Source: Candidatus Marinacidobacterium sp. (GTDB lineage: Bacteria > Acidobacteriota > Vicinamibacteria > Marinacidobacterales > Marinacidobacteraceae). Taken from it: a stretch of 64,000 bases of DNA. The translations under genes were made by a program, and so were the position numbers. A model generated the notes under the pieces. It was not told where the DNA came from. It did no database searches and was given only the letters and a program-made list of their open reading frames with translations. The stretch is from contig OZ242011.1 of the NCBI GenBank assembly GCA_965204755.1, positions 3,424,001 to 3,488,000 on the forward strand, read 5' to 3'. This document shows positions 1 to 8,878 of this stretch, in pieces. Position 1 is the stretch's first letter. Each line of letters opens with the position of its first letter.

Positions 1-711
1 CTCCGGGGCCGGGGCCGGCCGGACCAGGTCGGCGAGTCCGACCGCCGGGAGCGGTTCGTCCTCCGGCAGCCCGGCGAGTGAGTTGGTCAGCGCCCGATCG
101 ATCTTCCAGGGGATCGAGCCGTGCTGCAGGAACGCCCCTCGCCGCCACCGCTGCGCTCCGGTGACCAGTTTCCTTCCGCCGGCGCCGAGTTCGTGTCCGG
201 TGGCCACCGCCTGGCAGGGTCTCCGCAGGTCGCCGCCGCCAGCGGGTTCGACGGGCGACGGCGGGTCGAGCCGGACGAAGCCGGCGAGGCCATCCCGCAG
301 CGCGGCCATCACCAGCGCATAGGCGGCGCGCACCCGGGGCGGGCGGTCTCCCGCCGAGGACCCGGCGGCCGGCCCGGCGCGCGGAAGGTGGTTCCGGTGG
401 GCGGCGAAGGCGTAGGTGAGTTCGTCGGGGAGATGGAGGAGGGCCCGGCCGCCGCTGGGTCGGCGCGCCCACCGGATGCCCCGGTCGGCGAGCGCCTGCG
501 GGTCGCAGACCGGTTCCGGGCGCCGGGAGTGCCCGACGGTGAGGGTCGGTTCCGTCCAGCGGTAGAGCCGCAGGGTCGGCGGCGCGCCGGCGGCCGCGTC
601 GGCCAGCATCGCCGCGTCGCGCCGCATGTTCGTCCGCCCGTCGGCGGGCGTCCGGTCGAACACCGCCCGGAACGCCGCCGCGTCCGGGACGGCGGCCCCG
701 CTCCGGCTCAA
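1..711 (-). CDS. Lipoate-protein ligase family protein (LplA/LipM-like), 3' end runs off the window
   Basis: Not in the ORF track; my minus-strand translation gives NMRRDAAML...PTLRLYRWTEPTLTVG...RPTGGRA...ELTY...GRKLVTGAQR...AFLQHGSIP, the motif order of lipoate/biotin ligases. TTG start at 711 is tentative. Confidence 0.8.
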   Translation of the reverse strand, partial: MSRSGAAVPDAAAFRAVFDRTPADGRTNMRRDAAMLADAAAGAPPTLRLYRWTEPTLTVGHSRRPEPVCDPQALADRGIRWARRPSGGRALLHLPDELTYAFAAHRNHLPRAGPAAGSSAGDRPPRVRAAYALVMAALRDGLAGFVRLDPPSPVEPAGGGDLRRPCQAVATGHELGAGGRKLVTGAQRWRRGAFLQHGSIPWKIDRALTNSLAGLPEDEPLPAVGLADLVRPAPAPE

Positions 712-789
712 GCGGCCGTCAACCCGGCGTTGCGACCCGGTGGCCGGCCCCGGCTTCCGGCCCGCCGGCGCGGGCGATCCCGGAGTCGC

Positions 790-1905
790 TCAGGCGAGCA
801 GGGTCTCGATGGGTTGGTACTCGCGCTCCTGCGACTCCGCCACCGCCCGGCAGGTCAGGCGGCCGGCGTAGGTGTTGAACCCGTTCCGCAGGTGCGGGTC
901 GCGGCGGGCGGCTTCCTCCGGGCCGAGGTCGGCGATGGCGGCCGCGTAGTCGAGGGTGGCGTTCGTCAGCGCGTAGGTGGAGGTGCGCGGCATGGCGCCG
1001 GGCATGTTGGCCACGCAGTAGTGGACGACCCCGTCCACCACATAGGTGGGCTTGCTGTGGGTGGTGGGGCGGGTGGTCTCCGCGCAGCCGCCCTGGTCCA
1101 CCGCCACATCCACCAGCACCGAGCCCTCCCGCATCGCGCCGATCATCTCCCGGGTGATGACCTTCGGCGCCGCCGAGCCGGGGACGAGCACCGCCCCGAT
1201 GACCAGGTCGGACTCCGCCAGCGTCTCCGCCAGCGTCACCGCGTTGGACTTCAGGGTGGCCGCGCGGTTCCCGAAGATGTCGTCGAGCGCCCGCATCCGG
1301 GCGGCGCTCTTCTCCAGGATCGTGACTTCGGAGCCGAGCCCGACCGCCATCTTGGCGGCGTTCAGCCCGACGACGCCGCCGCCCACGACCGCCGTGCGGC
1401 CGCGCGGCACGCCCGGCACGCCGCCGAGCAGGATCCCGGAGCCGCCGCAGGTGCGATGCAGGTGGTGGGCGCCTTCCTGGATGGCCATCCGCCCGGCCAC
1501 TTCGCTCATCGGGGTGAGCAGCGGCAGGCTGCCGTCGTCCGAGGTGATCGTCTCGTAGGCGATCCCGGTGACGCCGCGTTCGAGCAGCCCGTCGGTGAGG
1601 TCGCGCAGCGGGGCGAGGTGGAGGTAGGTGTAGAGGATCTGGCCTTCGCGCAGGAGTTCCACCTCCTCGGCCAGCGTTTCCTTCACCTTCACCACCAGGT
1701 CCACCGTGGCGAAGACCTCTTCGCGGGTCTCGACGATCCGCGCTCCGGCGGCGGCGAACTCCTCGTCCGGGATCCGGCTGCCGAGCCCGGCGCCGGCCTC
1801 GACCAGCACCTCGTGGCCGCCGGCCACCAGGGTGTCGACCCCGCCCGGGGTCAGCCCCACCCGGTTTTCGTGGTCCTTGATTTCGCGGACGGTCCCGATC
1901 TTCAT
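790..1905 (-). CDS. ald: Alanine dehydrogenase
   Basis: [56 protein letters not shown] motifs; 371 aa. Confidence 0.96.
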   Translation of the reverse strand: MKIGTVREIKDHENRVGLTPGGVDTLVAGGHEVLVEAGAGLGSRIPDEEFAAAGARIVETREEVFATVDLVVKVKETLAEEVELLREGQILYTYLHLAPLRDLTDGLLERGVTGIAYETITSDDGSLPLLTPMSEVAGRMAIQEGAHHLHRTCGGSGILLGGVPGVPRGRTAVVGGGVVGLNAAKMAVGLGSEVTILEKSAARMRALDDIFGNRAATLKSNAVTLAETLAESDLVIGAVLVPGSAAPKVITREMIGAMREGSVLVDVAVDQGGCAETTRPTTHSKPTYVVDGVVHYCVANMPGAMPRTSTYALTNATLDYAAAIADLGPEEAARRDPHLRNGFNTYAGRLTCRAVAESQEREYQPIETLLA

Positions 1906-1936
1906 CCGCCGCCCACCCCCGAGGACTTGCCGGGAC

Positions 1937-2437
1937 TCAGCGGGCGGCGGACTTCGGGGCCGGAGGGGAAGCGGCGGGCCGTCCGGGCTTCCCGGCGGAA
2001 CCTCCCGCGCCGCCGGCGGCCGGGGCCGCTCCGGCGGAGCGGCCGCCCGGCTGGCGCCGGATCTGGCCGCGGAACTCCGCGCCGGCCGAGACCTTCACCG
2101 CCGGCGCCCGGATGTTCCCTTCGAGCGACGCGGTTTCGCCGAGTTCCACCAGGCCCCCGGCGCTGATGTCGCCCTCGACGCGGCCGTGGACGGCCATCTG
2201 GCCGGCCTCGACCCCGGCTTCGACCTTGCCCCCCTGATGGACGACGACCGCGCTTCCGGCGGCGATGGTTCCGTCGAAGGAGCCGCGGACGAAGAGGTCC
2301 TCGTCGGTGTCGATCCGGCCGCTCACCCGGGTTCGCTCGCCGATCAGGGTGACTCGGGCGGGTCCGCCGCCGCGGTCCTCCGCCGTTGCCGGCTCGGGAG
2401 ATTCCTCGGCCTCAGCCGGGCGTCGAAACAGGGGCAT
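1937..2437 (-). CDS. Bactofilin (polymer-forming cytoskeletal protein)
   Basis: Beta-helix pattern [13 protein letters not shown]...[11 protein letters not shown]...VHGRVEGDI...[20 protein letters not shown]; start reassigned to ATG 2437 (MPLFRR), downstream of the tRNA. Confidence 0.88.
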   Translation of the reverse strand: MPLFRRPAEAEESPEPATAEDRGGGPARVTLIGERTRVSGRIDTDEDLFVRGSFDGTIAAGSAVVVHQGGKVEAGVEAGQMAVHGRVEGDISAGGLVELGETASLEGNIRAPAVKVSAGAEFRGQIRRQPGGRSAGAAPAAGGAGGSAGKPGRPAASPPAPKSAAR

Positions 2438-2458
2438 CGGGTTCTCCGGGGAAGAGTC

Positions 2459-2534
2459 TGGAGCGGGCGACGGGGCTCGAACCCGCGACACCGAGCTTGG
2501 GAAGCTCGTACTCTGCCAACTGAGATACGCCCGC
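2459..2534 (-). tRNA. tRNA-Gly (anticodon CCC)
   Basis: Reverse complement GCGGGCGTATCTCAGTTGGCAGAGTACGAGCTTCCCAAGCTCGGTGTCGCGGGTTCGAGCCCCGTCGCCCGCTCCA: 76 nt cloverleaf, TTCGA T-loop, encoded CCA. Confidence 0.97.
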
Positions 2535-2546
2535 CCGGAACGGGGG

Positions 2547-2552
2547 ATTCTA
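2547..2552 (-). promoter_or_regulatory. Putative -10 box (TAGAAT) for tRNA-Gly, overlapping the stop codon of the upstream gene
   Basis: TAGAAT on the minus strand 12 nt upstream of the tRNA 5' end. Confidence 0.55.
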
Positions 2553-3953
2553 GTCCCGCGCCGGCTCCGCCCCGCCGCCGGAAGACGCCGTGACCAGGGC
2601 GATGATCTCGTCCCGCCGGCTCTCGGCAAGCCCCTCGCGGTAGGCCTCGACGGTGAGGCGGAGGACCGGCTCGGTGTTCGACGGGCGGAGGGTGAAGCGC
2701 CAGTCCGGGAAGTCGAGGGTGAGGCCGTCTTCGGTGTTGGCGCGGCCGCCGGGGAAGGCCTCGCGGGCGCGGGCGAGCGCCGCCGCCGGGTCGGAGGCGG
2801 CGAGGCTCACCTCGTCGAGGGCGAAGTAGCGGCGCCGCAGGTCGTCGGCGAGGTCGGCGAGCGATCTGCCGGCGCTCCCGACCCGCTCGATCAACCGCAG
2901 GATCGGGAGGAGGGCGTTGTCCGCGTAGCCGGCGGCCCGGAAGTAGAAGTGGCCGCTGAGTTCGCCGCCGAACCGGGCGTCGGCCGCGCGCATCGTCCGC
3001 TTCATGTAGGCGTGGCCCACCCGGCCGGGGGCGCCCTTTCCGCCGGCGGCGCGGATCGCGTCCTCGACCGCGCGGGAGGAGCGGTAGTCGTAGGCCACCG
3101 CCGCGCCCGGTTCGGCGGCGATCTCCTGCGGGGCGAGCAGCGCGGTGGCGAAGTCGCCGGGCACGAACCCGCCCCGGCCGTCCACGAAGGCGCAGCGGTC
3201 GGCGTCCCCGTCCCAGAGGACGCCGAAGTCGGCCCGTTCCTCCCGCACGCGGGCGGCGAGGCCGGCGCGGTTCGCCGGGGCCAGCGGGTTCCCGCCCCGG
3301 TTGGGGAAGGAGCCGTCCGGCTCGAAGTCCATCGGGACGAACTCGCCGGGGATCCGGGCGAAGAGGCCGCGGGCCGCCAGTCCGCCCATGCCGTTCCCGG
3401 CGTCCAGCACCACCCGCAGCGGAGGCAGCGAGCGGCCTTCCACTTCGCCGACGAGGAAGTCCAGGTAGTCCTCGCGGAGATCCCGCGCCGGATGGCGGTC
3501 GGGGTCGGTCGGCAGGGGCTCGTCCGGCGGCGGGGGAGGGTGGGCGGCGGTCCGCCGGGCGACTTCGGGGAGGCGGTTCTCCGCGAACACCGGGGCGGCG
3601 TCGCGCTCGACCAGTTTGATCCCGTTGTCGCCCGGCGGGTTGTGCGAGGCGGTGACCACCGCGCCGCCGTCGAGCCGGTCCCGGCGGACGGCGAACCACA
3701 TGGCGTCGGTGGCGAGCAGGCCGTAGTGGACGAGTTCCGCCCCGCTCCGGGTCAGTCCTTCGGCGAAGGCGGCGGCGAGGGCGGGGCTGGTGCGCCGCAT
3801 GTCGCGGGCGAGCCCGATGCGGCCGCTCCCTACGGTCTCGGCGAAGGCGCGGCCCACCCGGTAGGCCAGTTCCGGCCCGAGCGGTTCCGGGGAGCGCCCC
3901 CGGATGTCGTACGCCTTGAAGAGCGCCGCTTCGGCGGCGGTCAGTCCTGCCAC
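2550..3953 (-). CDS. manB: Phosphomannomutase/phosphoglucomutase
   Basis: FKAYDIRG, TASHNP phosphoserine loop, DGDADR metal loop, GELSGH, RPSNTEP; GTG start at 3953 within the long track ORF 2550..6194. Confidence 0.92.
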   Translation of the reverse strand: MAGLTAAEAALFKAYDIRGRSPEPLGPELAYRVGRAFAETVGSGRIGLARDMRRTSPALAAAFAEGLTRSGAELVHYGLLATDAMWFAVRRDRLDGGAVVTASHNPPGDNGIKLVERDAAPVFAENRLPEVARRTAAHPPPPPDEPLPTDPDRHPARDLREDYLDFLVGEVEGRSLPPLRVVLDAGNGMGGLAARGLFARIPGEFVPMDFEPDGSFPNRGGNPLAPANRAGLAARVREERADFGVLWDGDADRCAFVDGRGGFVPGDFATALLAPQEIAAEPGAAVAYDYRSSRAVEDAIRAAGGKGAPGRVGHAYMKRTMRAADARFGGELSGHFYFRAAGYADNALLPILRLIERVGSAGRSLADLADDLRRRYFALDEVSLAASDPAAALARAREAFPGGRANTEDGLTLDFPDWRFTLRPSNTEPVLRLTVEAYREGLAESRRDEIIALVTASSGGGAEPARD

Positions 3954-5017
3954 GGCAGCCGGCTGAACCCGGCGACGGTGCTCTTGTCGCCGAGCAGCGC
4001 GTCCTCGACCTGCGCCGCCGGGCCGACGAAGCCGGAGAGCCCGATGATGGAGCGCGACACGCGGGCGGTCTCGCTGACCCGGACATCGGCCCAGAGCACC
4101 GAGTGCTCGACCTGCGCGTTCGCCTCCACCCGGACCCGGCGCCCGAGGACGGCGTACGGGCCGATGCGGGCGCCGGCGCGAACCTGCGCGCCCGGGCCGA
4201 TGAACGAGGGGCCGATGAGGTGCGCCTCCGGATCTATGGAGGCGTCCCGGTCCACGATCACCCCGCCGGGGTTGGGCGGGGGAACGCCGGGGACGGAGAT
4301 CCGGCCGTCGAGGGCGTCGCGGTGGGCCTCGAGGTACCGGGTGGGGTCCCCGATGTCCCGGAAGTAGCCGGTGTGGCGGTAGGCGGCCACCGGCTTCCCG
4401 GAGGCGATCGCCCGCGGGAAGACCTCGGTCTCCAGCGAGACCGGCTGCCCTTCGGGGATCAGGTCGAGGACTTCCGGCGTCATCGCATAGACCCCGGCGT
4501 TGATGTCCCCCGGGCCGGGCTCGTCGGACTTTTCCGCGAAGCCGACCACCCGCGGGGGCGCCGCGGGGTCGCTGCCGGGCTCGGTCGCCACCCGGCCGTA
4601 GGCGGAGGCGTCCTCGACTTCGGTGAGCGAGAGCGTGAGCATCGCCCCGGCGGCCTCGTGCGCGGCGATGAGTTCGCGGGCCGGGAGGTCGGTCAGCACA
4701 TCGCCGTTGAGGCAGAGGAAGGGTTCCGTGAGTTGGTGGCGGATGTTGCCGAGCGCGCCGCCGGTGCCCAGCGGACGCCGCTCCGGGGCGTAGGTGAGCG
4801 AGACCCCGTAGTCGCTGCCGTCCCCGAGGCTGCGCGCGACGCGTTGGGTGACCGAGGCGATGCAGAGCACCGCCTCGGCGATTCCGGCCCGGCGGAGCAG
4901 GTCGAGTTGGGTGGCGAGGAACGGCCGCGCCAGCAGCGGGACGACGGCCTTCGAGCGCCGCGCCGTCAGCGGCCGCAGGCGGATCCCCTTGCCGCCCATC
5001 AGGATCACCGCTTTCAT
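3941..5017 (-). CDS. NDP-sugar pyrophosphorylase (mannose-1-phosphate guanylyltransferase-like) with C-terminal hexapeptide repeats
   Basis: KAVILMGGKGIRLRPLT, LGTGG, NGD, FAEK, INAGVY, DIG motifs followed by a left-handed beta-helix. Confidence 0.9.
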   Translation of the reverse strand: MKAVILMGGKGIRLRPLTARRSKAVVPLLARPFLATQLDLLRRAGIAEAVLCIASVTQRVARSLGDGSDYGVSLTYAPERRPLGTGGALGNIRHQLTEPFLCLNGDVLTDLPARELIAAHEAAGAMLTLSLTEVEDASAYGRVATEPGSDPAAPPRVVGFAEKSDEPGPGDINAGVYAMTPEVLDLIPEGQPVSLETEVFPRAIASGKPVAAYRHTGYFRDIGDPTRYLEAHRDALDGRISVPGVPPPNPGGVIVDRDASIDPEAHLIGPSFIGPGAQVRAGARIGPYAVLGRRVRVEANAQVEHSVLWADVRVSETARVSRSIIGLSGFVGPAAQVEDALLGDKSTVAGFSRLPWQD

Positions 5018-5147
5018 CGCCCGTCGTCCCTCCTCTTCCTTGAATCCCGGCCCGCGCCGAAGGCGGGGGGCCGGTTAGCGTATCCGGCTGATAGCATCCG
5101 GCGCGGCGCGGGTTTCTGGGGCGGGCTGCGGCGGGAAGGTTCCTGAG

Positions 5148-5687
5148 ATGGGCGCGGCGAATCGCATCACCTTGTTGCGGGTGGTTCTCACGCCGCTGAT
5201 CGCGGTGGCGCTGCTCACCCGGTCGCCGGGGTGGCAGCCGTTCGCCATCGGGTTGGTCGCCCTCGCCGGCTTCACCGATCTCCTCGACGGGGTGGTGGCC
5301 CGCCGGCGGAACCAGGTGACCGCCCTCGGCATCCTGCTCGACCCGATCGCGGACAAGTTCTTCATCGCCACCGTCTTCATCTGCCTGGTGGCGGCGGGGC
5401 TGAGCCCGGCTTGGGTGGCGGTGGTGATCGTGGGCCGCGAGTTCGCGGTAACCGCGCTCCGCATGGCGGCGCTGCAGCGGGGGGACAGCGTGCCGGTGAG
5501 CCTGCTGGGCAAGGTGAAGATGCATGCCCAGGTGTACGCCGTGATCCTGGTGCTGGTCGGCGCCTGGTTCGCCGAGGTCCCGATGCTCGCGGACCTCGGC
5601 GGATGGGGCCTCTGGATCGCCGCCGGGATCACGGTCTGGTCCGGCTTCGACTACTTCGCCCGCTCGCGGCGGCTGGTCGCGGAGTGA
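5148..5687 (+). CDS. pgsA: CDP-diacylglycerol--glycerol-3-phosphate 3-phosphatidyltransferase
   Basis: ANRITLLR and the CDP-alcohol phosphotransferase motif DLLDGVVARRRNQVTALGILLDPIADK. Confidence 0.9.
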   Translation: MGAANRITLLRVVLTPLIAVALLTRSPGWQPFAIGLVALAGFTDLLDGVVARRRNQVTALGILLDPIADKFFIATVFICLVAAGLSPAWVAVVIVGREFAVTALRMAALQRGDSVPVSLLGKVKMHAQVYAVILVLVGAWFAEVPMLADLGGWGLWIAAGITVWSGFDYFARSRRLVAE

Positions 5688-5705
5688 GACGGCGCCGCGC
5701 CCGCG

Positions 5706-5760
5706 CGTTTCGGGCGTCGTTTCGGGCGTCGCCAGGGGCGTCGCTCGGGGCGTCGCTCCG
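5706..5760. repeat. Degenerate 12-bp tandem repeat (CGTTTCGGGCGT x2, then 2 diverged copies)
   Basis: Direct reading of the sequence just downstream of pgsA. Confidence 0.8.
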
Positions 5761-5874
5761 GGCCCCCGGCAGCCGGGACGCCTGAGCCTCCCCCGGAGCG
5801 CGGGCCTGTCCGGCGCGGCCGCTTCGCCCGGGGGCGCCGCCGCCCGTCGCCGGCTGCTTCCGGCGCTGCCGGAG

Positions 5875-6207
5875 GTGTTCCTCGGCGAAGACGCGAAGGC
5901 CGCGCTCGACGGCCGGCGGGGGCTGTTGTTCGGCGAGAAACGCCACGGCCAGGTGGACATCCTCGGTGTCGCGCCGGCGCCGGAGGGGGGCGCGGCGGGC
6001 CCGGACGCCGTCGCGGCGCTGGTCGGGAGCCGTTGGGACCGCGGCGCGGTCGGCGGCTGGCGGATCGTCGGCCTGGCGCTCGGCGAGGCCGAGTTCGCCG
6101 CCGCCGCCGAGGCCCTGCTCGAAGGGCTGGTGGCCGGGGATGTGGTCGCCGCCGGGGAGGCGGGGATCTTCGTCCACCGGGGCGACCGGTTCACCCGCGT
6201 CCGCTGA
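5875..6207 (+). CDS. Hypothetical protein
   Basis: 110-aa ORF with coding-like GC3 usage filling the gap before the convergent bamD; start uncertain. Confidence 0.5.
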   Translation: MFLGEDAKAALDGRRGLLFGEKRHGQVDILGVAPAPEGGAAGPDAVAALVGSRWDRGAVGGWRIVGLALGEAEFAAAAEALLEGLVAGDVVAAGEAGIFVHRGDRFTRVR

Positions 6208-6260
6208 GGCCCGTCCGGCGGGCGCGCCGCGGCCGGGTCGGTCGGCCGGTCAGCCGCTGG

Positions 6261-7139
6261 TCAGCGGCCGGACGGGTTCGCTACGCCGTTCGTCGAGCGG
6301 GCGAGGATCTCCCGGATCCGCTCCCGGGCCGCCGCGGTGAACGCGCTCTGCGGGTGGTCGTCCACGATCTTCCGGTAGTGGACGAGCGCCTCGCTCTGCC
6401 GCCCGCAGTCGGTCAGCGCAGTTCCCAGGCGGTGCAGCACTTCGGGCAGGCGCTCGAATCCGGGGTAGGTCGCGACGATGGTCTCGAGGCGGGGGATCGC
6501 GCCCCGGCACCACTTCCGGTGGTCCTGGTAGAACTCGGCCTTGAGCAGGATCGAGGTGGCGAGGTCGTCCTCGCACTCCGCGAGTTGCCGCCGCGCCTCG
6601 TCGGCGTAACTGGAATTCGGGTAGAGGTCGAGCAGTTTGCGGAACTCTTCGGCGGCGAGCCGGGTCTCCTCCTGGTCGCGGTCGGCGGACCGGCGGCGTT
6701 CGAAGTGCCCGTCCGCGATCCGGAACTGCGCGTAGTCGGCCCGGGGATGGTTCGGGAAGAAGGTGAGGTAGTCCCGGTACTCGGAGGCGGCGAGGAGCGC
6801 GTTCTGGGCGCCCCGCTGGTTCGCGTAGGTGTCCGCGATCCCGAGCCGGGCGTCGCCGGCGAACTGGCTCCGGGGGTAGGTGTCCAGCAACTGGCGGAAC
6901 CAGGTGCGCGCCGTTTCCCAGTCCCGGTCTTCGAGGCTCTGCGCGCCGAGCGCGAGCAGCCGCCGGTCGGCCTGCGCGCCGGTCGGCGTTTCCCGCGCCG
7001 CGCCGGAGCGGCAGGCCGCGGCGGTGAGCCCCCCGGCGGCGAGGAGTCCGACCGCGAGTCTGACGGCGAGTCCGGTAGGGGGGAGTCCGGACGCGGCCGG
7101 CCCCGGCGTCGGGCGTGAGGGACGGCGGGCGGCGGGCAT
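6261..7139 (-). CDS. bamD: Outer membrane protein assembly factor BamD (TPR lipoprotein)
   Basis: Lipobox-like TAAAC, TPR-like segments YPRSQFAGDARL, FPNHPRADYAQF, DRDQEET, YPNSSYADEA. Confidence 0.9.
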   Translation of the reverse strand: MPAARRPSRPTPGPAASGLPPTGLAVRLAVGLLAAGGLTAAACRSGAARETPTGAQADRRLLALGAQSLEDRDWETARTWFRQLLDTYPRSQFAGDARLGIADTYANQRGAQNALLAASEYRDYLTFFPNHPRADYAQFRIADGHFERRRSADRDQEETRLAAEEFRKLLDLYPNSSYADEARRQLAECEDDLATSILLKAEFYQDHRKWCRGAIPRLETIVATYPGFERLPEVLHRLGTALTDCGRQSEALVHYRKIVDDHPQSAFTAAARERIREILARSTNGVANPSGR

Positions 7140-7249
7140 GAAGGGGAGGCGTCAGGCCTCGTCGCGGAAACGAGCCCTCGGCGAGGCGAAATCGTAGCGC
7201 CGGGTACGGGGCCCGGGGCCCGGCGGGCGCGGCGCCGGCGCGCGCCGGT

Positions 7250-7912
7250 TCAGGCTTCCAGGAGGTCGCGGACCGCGCGGCCCGGATCGGCGGCGCCGAA
7301 GACCGCGGAACCGGCCACGACCACATCGGCGCCCGCCTCCCGCGCGGCGGGCACGCGGGACGCGTTCATCCCCCCGTCCACCACGATCTCCAGTTCCGGG
7401 CGCACCCGGTCGGCGATCTCGCGGACCCGCCGGATCCGCTCCATGCCGCCGGCGATGAACGGCTGTCCGCCCCACCCCGGATTGACGGTCATGACCAGCG
7501 CGTAGTCCGAGGCGGCGATGGCCTCCTCCACCCAGGCGAGCGGAGTCAGCGGACTGATCGCGAGGCCCGGCCGCGCTCCCCCTTCGCGGATGTCGCCGAG
7601 CGTCTTGTGGAGGTGGGGCGCGGTCTCCGGGTGGACGGCGACCGCGTTCGCCCCGGCCTCGATGTAGTCGGCGACCCGCTCGGCGGGATTCCCGATCATC
7701 AGGTGCACATCGAGGTCGAGGTCGGTGCAGCGGCGCACCGCGGCCACCACCAGCGGCCCGAAGGTCAGGTTCGGCACGAAGTGCCCGTCCATCACATCGA
7801 GGTGAAGCCGGTCGGCCCCCGCCTCCTGCACCACCCGGATCTCCTCGGCCAGCCGGGTGAAGTCCGCCGAGAGGAGCGACGGGGCGACGCGCAGCCGCCG
7901 GTCCCCGTTCAC
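7250..7912 (-). CDS. rpe: Ribulose-phosphate 3-epimerase
   Basis: APSLLSADF, HLDVMDGHFVPNLTFG, DVHLM, MTVNPGWGGQ, VDGG, VAGSAVF; GTG start overlaps the stop of the PASTA gene. Confidence 0.96.
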   Translation of the reverse strand: MNGDRRLRVAPSLLSADFTRLAEEIRVVQEAGADRLHLDVMDGHFVPNLTFGPLVVAAVRRCTDLDLDVHLMIGNPAERVADYIEAGANAVAVHPETAPHLHKTLGDIREGGARPGLAISPLTPLAWVEEAIAASDYALVMTVNPGWGGQPFIAGGMERIRRVREIADRVRPELEIVVDGGMNASRVPAAREAGADVVVAGSAVFGAADPGRAVRDLLEA

Positions 7913-8727
7913 CGGCTGAGCGTCAGGACGATCCCGTCCTCGTTGGTCACCTTCCGCCCGGCCTGCGGCGACTGGCGGACGACCACCCCCGGCGACTGGC
8001 CCGGGTAGTCCCCGCTGCGCACTTCCCGGACGCGCACCGGCGCCCGGCTGAGTTCGTCGGCGATCTCCCCGTACCGGCGGCCGATGAGGTCCGGCATCAC
8101 GAACGCCGCCGGCGCCGGCCCGGTGGAGAGGAGCACGGAGACGGCCGCGCCCGGGGCCGCGTCGGAATAGGCCGCCGGGGACTGCGCGAGCACCCGGCCC
8201 CGGAGGTAGTAGCCGCTCTCGACTTCGGAGACCCGGCCGACGACCAACTCCGCCGCTTCGAGTTGCCGGCGGGCCTCGGTGAGCGTGCTCCCCTCGAGCC
8301 GGGGCACCCGGCGCCGGGTGGGGCCGAGGCTGGGGAACACCTGGACGGCCCGCCCCCGCTTGAACACGGTGCCCGGCGGCGGCTGCTGGAACACGATCCG
8401 CCCCTCCGGGATGTCGTCGTGGAACCGGCTCCCGGCCTCGGTCAGCCGGAGCCCGGACACCGCGAGCAGCCGCCGCGCCGGCTCGACCTCGAACCCGGTC
8501 AGGTCCGGCACTTCCGGGTCCACCGTCCGGGCGGCCAGCAGGAAGGTGAGCGTCGCCGCCCCGGCGACCGTGGCGACGAGCCCGAACACCGTGAGCAGGA
8601 ACCGGAACCCGCGCGAGATCCGGGAGCGCGGCGCCTCTTCGGCGGCGGCGCTCCGACGGGCCTTCCCGCCGCCCCCGGGGGCGGCGGCAGCCGTCGCCCG
8701 GCGGCGGATGCGGACCCGAAGCGCCAA
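7909..8727 (-). CDS. Membrane-anchored protein with three PASTA domains
   Basis: One TM segment then three repeats starting VPDLTG, VPRLEG and MPDLIG, with QxP motifs; no kinase domain. Confidence 0.88.
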   Translation of the reverse strand: MALRVRIRRRATAAAAPGGGGKARRSAAAEEAPRSRISRGFRFLLTVFGLVATVAGAATLTFLLAARTVDPEVPDLTGFEVEPARRLLAVSGLRLTEAGSRFHDDIPEGRIVFQQPPPGTVFKRGRAVQVFPSLGPTRRRVPRLEGSTLTEARRQLEAAELVVGRVSEVESGYYLRGRVLAQSPAAYSDAAPGAAVSVLLSTGPAPAAFVMPDLIGRRYGEIADELSRAPVRVREVRSGDYPGQSPGVVVRQSPQAGRKVTNEDGIVLTLSR

Positions 8728-8878
8728 CGAACGACCCTCGCCGCCAAGTGTAGTAGCGAATCGGGGGGCGATGGCGCCGGCGTTCCCGCCCGCCTGCCGA
8801 TCCGGCTACCGTTCGCCCGGCGCGGGGGCTGTCGGTGCGTCGCCGGCGGCGAACCTCCGGGCGCCGGGCAAGTGAGAA

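Noticed and set aside
2437-2534. tRNA-Gly as a prophage or island integration site
   Set aside because: No integrase nearby and I saw no second copy of the tRNA 3' end in the window; the flanking genes are housekeeping.
5875-6207. Possible JAB/MPN domain (GLLFG motif)
   Set aside because: No HxH...D metal-binding motif and the protein is too short to support the call; left as hypothetical.
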